Of a DNA stretch of 64,000 nucleotides, positions 50,050 through 59,117 are shown one piece after another (position 1 is the stretch's first letter; every line of letters begins with the position of its first letter). This stretch comes from Roseibacillus sp. (GTDB taxonomy: Bacteria > Verrucomicrobiota > Verrucomicrobiia > Verrucomicrobiales > Akkermansiaceae): the NCBI GenBank assembly GCA_965242925.1, contig CBDEUM010000030.1:256001-320000 (forward strand). The letters run 5' to 3'. The notes under the pieces were generated by a model that did not search any database, was not told the DNA's origin, and saw only the letters and a list, made by a program, of their open reading frames with translations. Position numbers and translations under genes: made by a program.

Positions 50050-51945
50050 ATGAAACATTCTCGCACGCCCCTCGCCGTGGGCTCCCTGGCATTCGTCATC
50101 CTGGGAGCCTGGCCACCATCGAGCGCCCAGCCACTGGTCTTCGACGAGAAGATCGGCCACTACAAGAACCTGTCCTACGAAGTCCTCTCCGACGAGGGCT
50201 TGTCCTGGGAGGAGCGGGTGAAGCTGTTCGGAGGAGAGACGGTTCACTACGAAAAGCTGACAAATCAAGAGCGCGCCGCCAAAGAGGCAGAACTGGCTGA
50301 GCTGTTGCGAAGGATGAGAATTGCAGACCGGATGGTGCATCCCAATTTCAGCGATGTGGAGCGGGCTGAGAAGGCCGTGCGCACCTGGCTCGACGCGCAG
50401 CTTCAACTGATTCCGGAGGCTTACACCGACCGGGACGCCCAGAAATTGCGCCACGCCGCGTTGGGCTTCTTCCGCGCCTACGAACTGTTTGGCGACAAGC
50501 GCTACCTCGAGGCCGGACTGACCTGCAGCGATCGGATTCTCGCCGCACAATTGCAACGAGGCCACTGGGCCTACGGTAATCAGGGCGGTAAGATGATGCG
50601 TATTCAGGATGGTTTTGTTACCAGGCCGTTCTGGATCATGCTCTACGCGCACAAGCTGAGCGGAGACAAAAAGTATCTCGAATCGGCCCGGCGCGGGGCC
50701 GATGTGCTCCTCTCCGCCCAGAGCGCAGGCGGCGGCTGGCCGGATCAATGGATATTTCCCGGGGGATCGACGCCCTCGAGCGGCACCCGCAATGGGAGTA
50801 TCTCATTCAACGACAGCGCCACCAACGCGACCTTCCGCATCATGGTCATGATGTACCATGTGACCGGGGACAAGAAGTACATCGCCAAGCTCGGCAATCT
50901 GGGACCGTGGATCGCAAAGGCGAACCTGGGCAAGGGCGAGTGGGCCGGCTGGTCCCAGCAGTACCACGGCGACGGCCGACCCACGCGGGCGCGGGCCTAC
51001 GAGATCGAGTTACCGTACACCCGAGTGACGTGCTGGCACGTGGGGCCATTGCTGACCTGGCTCTACCTGATGGACGGCAACGAGGCCCACATGGAATTGC
51101 TGAAACGGGCTTATGCCTCGCACGAGCGCATTCGGGTGGAGGACCTGAATTACCTGGACGACTGGAAGGCGATAGGTGCGGTCTGGACCGATACCCCTTC
51201 CTACCCCCGGCTTCAGTATCGACCCGGTTTGCCCGATGCCTACTTGCCCGATGGTTCGAACTGGGGCTGCGTGCAGATCGCCCACAAAATGATTCCGTTC
51301 AAAAAGATTACCCCCAAACAGATCAAAGATTACGGCGGTTTGATGCACCATCATCAGCCCAACGTGCGCGAGATGGCAAAACTCGCTCGGGCCTACCAGG
51401 CACCTCCCCGCTGGAACAATATCTACCTGTACTCGCACACCTCGAGTAAGGTCGCGTACGCCATGTCGAAAGTCCGCCGGGTGCTGCTCGAGCGCAAGCG
51501 CGGCGGACGTGATGCTGTGTTGCGGTATTATTCCTACCCGACAAAGTTCACCCCCGATCAATACCTGCAGGCTCGCATCGATGCCGCCAAGCGCGTGCTG
51601 GACTATGGCAACCGGTCTCTCGCGGTCGACCGGGGCGACGGGCCGGGCAGTAGCAGCATCAGCGCGTGGGAGGACTTCGGCTGGGTGTCCCGCAAATACA
51701 AGTGGTATGTCCGTGAGGCGGCTTTCAACACGTCCGGTCCGGGGTCGGGAACGGTTTGGTACCAGTGGCAGTTCCTCTGGGACAACAAGCTGGCCCACGG
51801 CAATATCGACGCCGACGCCGCCACGCGAGGCGGGCGCGGGCTCGAGATGTACTCGAACCTCGATTCATGGGACGTGCTGGGCGAGTGGGGCATGGCCTGT
51901 CTGGAGAAGGAAAACTACTTCGATGTCCCGATCGGGAAGGACTGA
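50050..51945 (+). CDS. Secreted pectate lyase PL10-like (alpha/alpha barrel) protein
   Basis: Signal peptide; LLSAQSAGGGWP, ISFNDSAT, GWSQQYH..PTRARAYE resemble PL10 motifs. Confidence 0.6.
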   Translation: MKHSRTPLAVGSLAFVILGAWPPSSAQPLVFDEKIGHYKNLSYEVLSDEGLSWEERVKLFGGETVHYEKLTNQERAAKEAELAELLRRMRIADRMVHPNFSDVERAEKAVRTWLDAQLQLIPEAYTDRDAQKLRHAALGFFRAYELFGDKRYLEAGLTCSDRILAAQLQRGHWAYGNQGGKMMRIQDGFVTRPFWIMLYAHKLSGDKKYLESARRGADVLLSAQSAGGGWPDQWIFPGGSTPSSGTRNGSISFNDSATNATFRIMVMMYHVTGDKKYIAKLGNLGPWIAKANLGKGEWAGWSQQYHGDGRPTRARAYEIELPYTRVTCWHVGPLLTWLYLMDGNEAHMELLKRAYASHERIRVEDLNYLDDWKAIGAVWTDTPSYPRLQYRPGLPDAYLPDGSNWGCVQIAHKMIPFKKITPKQIKDYGGLMHHHQPNVREMAKLARAYQAPPRWNNIYLYSHTSSKVAYAMSKVRRVLLERKRGGRDAVLRYYSYPTKFTPDQYLQARIDAAKRVLDYGNRSLAVDRGDGPGSSSISAWEDFGWVSRKYKWYVREAAFNTSGPGSGTVWYQWQFLWDNKLAHGNIDADAATRGGRGLEMYSNLDSWDVLGEWGMACLEKENYFDVPIGKD

Positions 51946-51972
51946 AGAGCCCCAGCCTGAGTGCACATGGAA

Positions 51973-52103
51973 GATCCGCGTGGCGTAGCCTCTCCCCGCT
52001 TGCCGACTGCGCCTGGGGGGTGGTAAGAAGGGTTCTACCCCCACCGTTCCCCGGTTCCTCAGCCTTCAGGAATCACGGACCGAAAAAACGATTCCCTAGC
52101 AGC
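51973..52103 (+). repeat. Junction modules P/B3 (51973-52025) directly followed by C1 (52037-52103)
   Basis: GATCCGCGTGGCGTAGCCTCTCCCCGCTTGCCGACTGCGCCTGGGGGGTGGTA, then ACCCCCACC...CCTAGCAGC. Confidence 0.88.
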
Positions 52104-52362
52104 AGGGCATTTCCGGAATGACGCGCAAAACCACCAGCAGATTCTACACCCTCGCAAGAGTCGAGCACAACAAAGCATTGTTGATTCATCGTTCCAGGCA
52201 AATTCATCGCCAGCAGGCTAGGTAAATCGTGTCATAATCACGAAAGCACGCATGCTGCTTCCATGCCCCGAACGGAATCACATGGACGCAAACACTGTAC
52301 ACGTACACACCATTGTTCAGTTGTCGAGTTTCCTAAACAAACCTTCGGACAGTTGATTGGCG

Positions 52363-53928
52363 ATGAGCCTTAATTCAGAAAGCATATTCAGCGAACACTT
52401 CCGAGAGACACGCCGCCAACTGCGTTCGTTGTGGCTGAAAATATGGGGCGGTGGATTCGCTATCGTCCTCATCGGATTTTGCTTGGCTTGGTTTTTCATC
52501 CAGCCAGCGCCTCCACGTGAGATACACATGGCGGTTGGTTCACCAGATGGTGCCTATTTTCAATTTGCGAACGCCTATGCAGACGAGCTAGCGAAGCAGG
52601 GAATCGTGCTTCATCTTCATACGAGCAATGGATCACTGGACGATTATGAATTACTGCAAAAAGATGACAAAATCGATTTGGCAATTGTTCAAGGCGGGAC
52701 TGCTGCAGCAAACAAACTTTCAGACCCCAACATCGAGTCACTGGCTAGTTTGTATCTAGAACCAGTCTGGGTATTTTACCGCAGCGTTGAACCTTACCCT
52801 GACCTGCGTTCTTTCAAGGGCAAAACAATTGCCACCGGTCGTTTTGGTAGCGGCACAGCAGCTTTGTCAGCGCTACTCTTAAAAGAAAATGGAATCACGT
52901 CATCCTCCACCAATTTCCTGCCGATTGGCGGTCTTGAATCAATGCGCCAACTCAAAGATGGATCCATTGATGCAGCATTTTTCGTCACATCCCCAAGTGC
53001 TCCCGCGGTCCAGTCGCTGGTACGGATTCCAGGCCTTCGTCTGCTCGATTTCGAGCGTCACGAGGCATACTCAAAACGGCACCCCTTTTTGTCAGCTGTG
53101 CAACTCGAAGAAGGTGTCGTTGACCTTGAGAGAAACTACCCAAAATCCAATGTCCACTTGATTGCGCCGGCTGCTAACCTCATCGCCAACAAACGTTTAC
53201 ACGACTCGTTAATTCCGGTGCTACTACGTGCAGCTGATACCGTTCACCAAAATGAGCCGAGCCTGTTTCAGCACCCCCAACTTCCATCTGCACAATACAT
53301 TGAATTCCCCTTAAACGAATCAGCAAGACTCTATTTTGAGTCTGGTCCACCACTGCTTCAGAAGTACCTGCCTTTTTGGGTTGCTTCGTTTTTCGATCGC
53401 GGAGCAATTCTGTTGCTGCCTGCCCTGACTTTGCTTTTTCCACTCTTCAAAATTGCCCCCCCTCTCTACCGTTGGCGAATTCGGTCGCGCATTTACCGCT
53501 GGTACAAACTACTCCGCGAAATGGAAACGGACCTGAGAGGTGAAGACAATATCGAGAAGCTGCGCGTTCATTGGAACACATTGCAAATCATGGAAACCGA
53601 ACTCGATGACCTCCAAGATGTTCCATTGGCATACATGCAGGAGTTCTACAGCCTCAGACTGCACATTGAATTCGTAGAAAGACGTGTCATTCGCAGGCTC
53701 AGACTGAATAACGATTCAGGTGAGCATTCGGATAGCGAGAATCCGACCGACACACAATCAGGGAAAGAAACGGATCCAAGTGCGACAATTCTGAGAAAAA
53801 CTGAAGAAACAATCGCGATCGATTCAACAGTCCCATTTGACGCCGCTCAAGCAACGGTGACCGACATTCAATCCGAACAAAGTGATTCATCCCCCAACAA
53901 CAGCGACGCATCCCCTAAGAATCAGTAG
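52363..53928 (+). CDS. TAXI family TRAP transporter solute-binding protein with C-terminal membrane extension
   Basis: IQPAPP..MAVGSPDGAY, SNGSLD, DLAIVQGG, SLYLEPVWVF, GSGT, GPPLLQKYLPFW, RSRIYRWY; visibly AT-richer codon usage. Confidence 0.85.
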   Translation: MSLNSESIFSEHFRETRRQLRSLWLKIWGGGFAIVLIGFCLAWFFIQPAPPREIHMAVGSPDGAYFQFANAYADELAKQGIVLHLHTSNGSLDDYELLQKDDKIDLAIVQGGTAAANKLSDPNIESLASLYLEPVWVFYRSVEPYPDLRSFKGKTIATGRFGSGTAALSALLLKENGITSSSTNFLPIGGLESMRQLKDGSIDAAFFVTSPSAPAVQSLVRIPGLRLLDFERHEAYSKRHPFLSAVQLEEGVVDLERNYPKSNVHLIAPAANLIANKRLHDSLIPVLLRAADTVHQNEPSLFQHPQLPSAQYIEFPLNESARLYFESGPPLLQKYLPFWVASFFDRGAILLLPALTLLFPLFKIAPPLYRWRIRSRIYRWYKLLREMETDLRGEDNIEKLRVHWNTLQIMETELDDLQDVPLAYMQEFYSLRLHIEFVERRVIRRLRLNNDSGEHSDSENPTDTQSGKETDPSATILRKTEETIAIDSTVPFDAAQATVTDIQSEQSDSSPNNSDASPKNQ

Positions 53929-53993
53929 GGCGTCGAGCCAAAAGAGCCGGTTCGACATCGCCTCATGGGTGTATCAGGCTCTGGTCAACACGC

Positions 53994-54114
53994 GTTGCAC
54001 CCCCACCTTCCCCGGTTCCTCAGCCTCCAGGAAACACGGCCCGAAAAAGCGATCCCCTAGCAGCCGATCCGCGTAGCGTAACCTCACCCTGCCCCGATCC
54101 TCGTGGATTGGGTC
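53994..54114 (+). repeat. Junction modules C2 (53994-54064), P and A3 (54066-54114)
   Basis: C2 matches C1 over ~67 nt with 1 indel and 5 substitutions; followed by GATCCGCGTAGCGTAACCTCACCCTGCCCCGATCCTCGTGGATTGGGTC. Confidence 0.88.
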
Positions 54115-54239
54115 ACTTGCTCCGCTTTGGGATTACGCGCTCCTGCTTGAGTCGATGCATCAGTAGTCCCACCAGGTCGCCTTCAGGTTCCCGGACCACT
54201 GGAGCGTGCTCAAGAACGTGATCGTGGTGAAGTGAACCC

Positions 54240-55130
54240 CTACCTGGGAATTACCACCCGCGACGGTTCGACAGTGGCTATAAAGTATCCGAGCGGCCTC
54301 TCATTCAGGTCGGCAATGAGCCACGTTGCCTTGGAAAATGTCCCACGGGTGAGCGTCCCACCTGCCGCGATCTCGGCGTAGTATTTCAGTCCTCCACCGT
54401 ACTCAGCCCAATAGAGCTTCACCGCTTCACTCCTTGTGTTCTCGATACTGACGCTGCTGAGGTTGCCTCCTCCCTTGGAGCGCGGCGGCGTTTCCGTGCC
54501 GGCGGAAACCCACTTCAACTCGACGCGCACGGTTTTCTTCTCTTTCGCTTTGGCCATCTTCTTCCTTGCAGCAGCCTCGGCAGCGACCTTGTCGAGATTC
54601 ACTCCCCTCACGATTTTCAGCTTCGGTAATGACCGGGCGAGGTTGCTGCAGCCCTCATCGGTCACCCCGGTCTGCCAGACGTAGAGCCGCTGCAGCTTCT
54701 GCAAGGATTCAAGATGGACGAGTCCGGCATCGGTGACCTTGGTGCCGTAGAGATTCAGGTATTCAAGATTGGTCAAACCCGCCAGATGGGCCATGGCTCC
54801 ATCACCAACCCCCGTTCTCTCCAGATGAAGGCGTCCCAGATTGCTGAGATTCGCTAGCAGCTTGAGGCCCTCATCGCTTGTCCGGGTCCCTCTCAGATTC
54901 AGGGCGAGGACGGATTCCCCAAGCAGAGCGACCTGCGCCAGGGTGTCGTCTCCCATCGACTTGCCCTTCCGCTGGAACTCAATCTCCCAGCCTCCTCCCA
55001 GGGAACGGACGATCCCACCTTCATCGCGAATCGCCTGCAGGGCTCCGTCATTAGCATGCGAAAACGTACTGCCCGACAGGATGATGACTGCACCGCAGAG
55101 GAAAAGGGGCTTTTGGATAGAGTGGCGCAT
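54240..55130 (-). CDS. Secreted leucine-rich-repeat protein with C-terminal VHL-beta-like domain
   Basis: LxxLxLxxTxVxDxGLxxL repeats; C-terminal RS...SVSIENTRSEAVKLYWAEYGG..KYYAEIAAGGT....TF....WLIAD. Confidence 0.75.
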   Translation of the reverse strand: MRHSIQKPLFLCGAVIILSGSTFSHANDGALQAIRDEGGIVRSLGGGWEIEFQRKGKSMGDDTLAQVALLGESVLALNLRGTRTSDEGLKLLANLSNLGRLHLERTGVGDGAMAHLAGLTNLEYLNLYGTKVTDAGLVHLESLQKLQRLYVWQTGVTDEGCSNLARSLPKLKIVRGVNLDKVAAEAAARKKMAKAKEKKTVRVELKWVSAGTETPPRSKGGGNLSSVSIENTRSEAVKLYWAEYGGGLKYYAEIAAGGTLTRGTFSKATWLIADLNERPLGYFIATVEPSRVVIPR

Positions 55131-55253
55131 TACCGGGTCAATGGCACGGCAGTGTACATGGTATTCCGCCCCTCGAACATCCTGCAAAGAGACGATCGCC
55201 GCATCTCCACAATTCCTGGTAGTTTTTAAGAAGAAATCAATTAGGATCAACTC

Positions 55254-56624
55254 GTGGATCATCATTTGCACTACACTCGGAGGCAGGTTCTTCGTTCGAG
55301 CGTGGCGCTGACGGGATTGACCCTCCCCAACTGGATGCAGATGCGGGCGCAGGCTGCGACCGAGCAGGCCCTCGAGACTGCTCCGAAGGCGAAGTCGTGT
55401 ATTGTCCTCTTCCTCTGGGGCGGATTGGCGCAGCAGGAGTCCTTCGATCCGAAGCCTGATGCCCAATCGGAGTATAAGAGCCGGTTCGGCGAGATCCCCA
55501 CCGCCACGCCCGGCATTCAATTCTGCGAATACCTTCCACTGCTGGCCAGGCATAGCGAGAAGATGGCAATCGTGCGGTCGGTGCACCACACCCAGGGAGC
55601 GCACGGAAGCGGACTCTACAAGAGCATGACCGGTCGCGATCCGATTGGCGGCACGAGAGCCCGCAATCGTGCCAACTGGCCGTCGCTGACCTCATTCCTT
55701 GGAAGGTTTCAGAAGCAGACTGCCGGTGTCCCCAATGCCATTCGCATGCCGCATACCATGTACGACAATGGCACACTCATGGCCGGTGACGATGCCGGCT
55801 GGCTGGGATCTGATTATGATCCGGTCATGCTTCGCATCCCCGACGGCACGCCCTATCAGGGGACGATCCGGCATACGGAGCCCGCACTCGATCTCACTCT
55901 CGGAGTCAAGTCGGACCGCTTCCGAAAGCGCCTCCTCATGCTGAACCAGCTCGAGCGCCGGCTCGCTGCGAAGGGGGCCGCTGAATACCAGGAACTGGAT
56001 CACTTCCGCCAGATGGCGGCCGACATGCTGGTCAGCTCGCCGGTCAAGGAGGCTTACGACCTCGAAAAGGAGGATCCCAGGCTGCGCGCGATGTACGGCG
56101 ATCACATGGGCGGACAGGGAATGCTTCTTGCCCGTCGGCTCACCGAGGTGGGAGTGCCGGTGGTTCAGGTGGTGTGTGCCGCCGAAGACCTTCAGGGCGG
56201 CTACTCGGACACATTTGACACCCATCACAATCACTTCCCCAAGATGAAGGAGCGACTCCTGCCCGTGTTCGACCAAGCCGCCTCCGCGCTTCTCACGGAT
56301 CTCGAACAGCGTGGGCAACTCGACGAAACCCTCGTTGTCTTCCTCACCGAGTTCGGACGCACGCCTAAGATCAATGGCAAGGGCGGACGCGATCATCATC
56401 CGGCCGTCTATTCCGTCGCGCTTGCAGGTGGCGGCATCCGGGGGGGGCAGGCCTACGGCAGCAGCGACAAGAATGCCGCCCTGCCCACCAGTGATGCCTG
56501 CACCCCGGCCGATCTCCACGCCACAGTCTACAAGGCGATGGGCATCGATCACCGGGCCGAGCTTCACGATCGGGAAGGACGCCCTTTCATCATCTGCGAG
56601 GGCAATCCGCTGCCACTGTTCTGA
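55254..56624 (+). CDS. DUF1501 family protein (Tat signal)
   Basis: TRRQVL, KAKSCIVLFLWGG, FDPKP, ARRLTEVGV, TEFGRTPKIN, GGRDH. Confidence 0.92.
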   Translation: MDHHLHYTRRQVLRSSVALTGLTLPNWMQMRAQAATEQALETAPKAKSCIVLFLWGGLAQQESFDPKPDAQSEYKSRFGEIPTATPGIQFCEYLPLLARHSEKMAIVRSVHHTQGAHGSGLYKSMTGRDPIGGTRARNRANWPSLTSFLGRFQKQTAGVPNAIRMPHTMYDNGTLMAGDDAGWLGSDYDPVMLRIPDGTPYQGTIRHTEPALDLTLGVKSDRFRKRLLMLNQLERRLAAKGAAEYQELDHFRQMAADMLVSSPVKEAYDLEKEDPRLRAMYGDHMGGQGMLLARRLTEVGVPVVQVVCAAEDLQGGYSDTFDTHHNHFPKMKERLLPVFDQAASALLTDLEQRGQLDETLVVFLTEFGRTPKINGKGGRDHHPAVYSVALAGGGIRGGQAYGSSDKNAALPTSDACTPADLHATVYKAMGIDHRAELHDREGRPFIICEGNPLPLF

Positions 56625-56638
56625 TTCGATCTCAATTC

Positions 56639-59068
56639 ATGTCCCCTGAAGTCCGCCTGTCACTTACTCTTTGTTTCGCTCTGAGCGCAACGACCCCCGC
56701 GCAGGAGGTCCGGTGGAGCAGCGACGAAGAGATTGCGCTGATCGGTCCCCATGCCCGCCACCAACTCGTCCTGATGTCACCCCGGCATGACCTGACACGG
56801 AAGGCGACATACACCTGTGATCCCGAGGGCATTGTCGAAGTAGACCAATCTGGCTACCTGCGTCCCCTGCGCAACGGGACCGCTACCATCACCGCCATCT
56901 GGAAGGACACTCAGAGCGCTGGCCGAACGGTCACGGTGGAACGGCATCATGAGGCAATCCCGGTGAGCTTCGCCAACGAGATCGTCCCTCTCTTTACCCG
57001 TCATGGCTGCAATGGTGGAAGCTGTCACGGAAAGGCGGGAGGGCAGAACGGCTTCCAACTCTCCCTCTTCGGATTCGAACCGTGGAAAGACAGGGATAAT
57101 ATTTCGGAGGGACGTAGTCGCCGCATCTTCCAAGCGGCTCCGAAACACAGCCTCCTTGTATTGAAGGCTTCCGGTCAACTTCCGCACAAAGGCGGATCCC
57201 GCCTGCACAAGGACAGTGACGACTATCGCCTCCTCGTGCGATGGATCGGTCAAATCAGTTCCACCTCCGACAATAGAAAAGAGACGCCCGGGGTCGAAGG
57301 AATCGTGGTCATGCCTTCGGAGCGTCTCGCAGCGGCCGGGGTGTCGCAGCAACTGCGCGTCACCGCTCACTTTACGGATGGATCGACCCGCGACATTACC
57401 CGCGCATCGGTTTACGAGTCCAACAATGAGAACATGGCGGAGGTGGAGCTTGATGGCCTGGTCCATCTCAAGGACAAGACCGGCACTGCTTCTGTCATGG
57501 TGCGGTTCCAGGAACACGTCACAGTTTTCCGGGCAACCATCCCTCTGGGCGTCCCCGTCGAGAACATGCCTGGACCGACTAATCTGATCGACGAGCATGT
57601 CTTTTCGAAATTACGGAGACTGGGGCTTCCTCCTTCCGGTCTTTGCGACGAAGGGACATTCCTGCGCCGCGTGACCGTCGATATTGCCGGTCGCCTTCCC
57701 AACCTGGAAGAAACCAGGGCGTTTCTCGCCGATGAGTCACCTGACAAGAGGTCGCGCATCATTGATGCTCTCCTGAACGGCAGCGGTTACGCCGACTACT
57801 TCGCCGGCAAGTGGGCTTCCATCCTGCGCAACCAGCGCCGGAATGATCGGCACAGACCCGATACTTACGCCTTTCACGAGTGGATTCGCCAGTCGCTGCA
57901 GGCGAATCGGCCCTATGACGGATTCGTCCGCGATATCCTGACCGCGACGGGTACGATTCGCGATAATCCTCCCGTAGCGTGGTACCGCAACGTGGGGGGC
58001 GAAAAGGAGCGCATGCAGGACATGGGACAGGTGTTCCTGGGAGTGCGGTTGCAATGTGCCCAGTGCCATCATCATCCCTACGAAAAGTGGAGTCAGGACG
58101 ATTATTATGGCCTCGCCGCCTTCTTCACCACCCTGGAGAATAAACAGGCCCGCCCCGGGGAAGGGGCTTTCGTCCATCGCTCCAAAATCGCTCTATCAAA
58201 GAACCCCAGCAGCGAACAAGATCTCGGTCCGGCCCTGCCAGGGCGAGGTTCACTGGAGCTTTCCCCCGGGGATGATCCCCGTCAGGCCCTGGCTGACTGG
58301 GTGGTCGATCCGGAGAACCCCTACTTCGCCCGCATGATCGCCAATCGTTACTGGAAGCATTTCTTTGGACGAGGCCTGGTCGATCCCGAGGACGACATGC
58401 GCACTACAAATCCTCCCACTCATCCTGCCCTTCTCGCCGCCCTTGAAGAGCATGTCATTAAGAGCAAGTTCGACCTGAAGGCGCTCATCCGGCTCATCTG
58501 CAACAGCGGCACCTATCAGCGCAGTAGCATCCCTAATGAGCATAACGGCGAGGACCAGCAAAACTATTCGCGCTTCTACCCCCGCCGCCTGCAGGCTGAG
58601 GTCCTGGCGGATGCCATCAACCAGCTCACCAATGGATCCGATTCCTTCCGGGGGCAGCCCGCGGGAGCACGGGCCGTGCAACTGCCCGACGATCAGTTTG
58701 CCCGCGAGTTTCACTTTCTCGCCATCTTCGGCCGGCCTAATATGGCCAGTGCCTGCGAATGCGAACGGAGTTCCAGCTTCAGCCTGGCCCAGGCAGTGCA
58801 ACTGGTGAACTCAAAGGAAACCAGTGCTAAGCTCGCCTCTCCCCTCTCCCGGGTTTCCCTTCTCCTCCGCGATGACGACCGCTCTGACCAGAGCCGGATC
58901 GAGGAACTCTACCTGAGGGCCTACTCCCGCCCCTCCACTTCCGAGGATCTAGTGATCGCCAAAAGCCACCTCGACGAGGCCAGCGCCAATCCAACGGCCC
59001 GGCGGGCCTCCTACGAGGATCTGGTCTGGGTGCTCCTCAACAGCCGGGAATTCATCTTTAACCACTGA
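56639..59068 (+). CDS. DUF1549/DUF1553 protein with BIG2 Ig-like domains
   Basis: GCNGGSCHGK, FLRRVTVDIAGRLP, LQCAQCHHHPYEKW, NPYFARMIANRYW, CECER, LLNSREFIFNH. Confidence 0.92.
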   Translation: MSPEVRLSLTLCFALSATTPAQEVRWSSDEEIALIGPHARHQLVLMSPRHDLTRKATYTCDPEGIVEVDQSGYLRPLRNGTATITAIWKDTQSAGRTVTVERHHEAIPVSFANEIVPLFTRHGCNGGSCHGKAGGQNGFQLSLFGFEPWKDRDNISEGRSRRIFQAAPKHSLLVLKASGQLPHKGGSRLHKDSDDYRLLVRWIGQISSTSDNRKETPGVEGIVVMPSERLAAAGVSQQLRVTAHFTDGSTRDITRASVYESNNENMAEVELDGLVHLKDKTGTASVMVRFQEHVTVFRATIPLGVPVENMPGPTNLIDEHVFSKLRRLGLPPSGLCDEGTFLRRVTVDIAGRLPNLEETRAFLADESPDKRSRIIDALLNGSGYADYFAGKWASILRNQRRNDRHRPDTYAFHEWIRQSLQANRPYDGFVRDILTATGTIRDNPPVAWYRNVGGEKERMQDMGQVFLGVRLQCAQCHHHPYEKWSQDDYYGLAAFFTTLENKQARPGEGAFVHRSKIALSKNPSSEQDLGPALPGRGSLELSPGDDPRQALADWVVDPENPYFARMIANRYWKHFFGRGLVDPEDDMRTTNPPTHPALLAALEEHVIKSKFDLKALIRLICNSGTYQRSSIPNEHNGEDQQNYSRFYPRRLQAEVLADAINQLTNGSDSFRGQPAGARAVQLPDDQFAREFHFLAIFGRPNMASACECERSSSFSLAQAVQLVNSKETSAKLASPLSRVSLLLRDDDRSDQSRIEELYLRAYSRPSTSEDLVIAKSHLDEASANPTARRASYEDLVWVLLNSREFIFNH

Positions 59069-59117
59069 ATCCGGCTGCTGCAGGGTGTCTCTCGGCAGAG
59101 CAATCCACCACCCCACA

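Noticed and set aside
55131..55604. Extended N-terminus of the LRR ORF (454 aa)
   Set aside because: Overlaps the DUF1501 gene antisense; a signal peptide starts at ATG 55130
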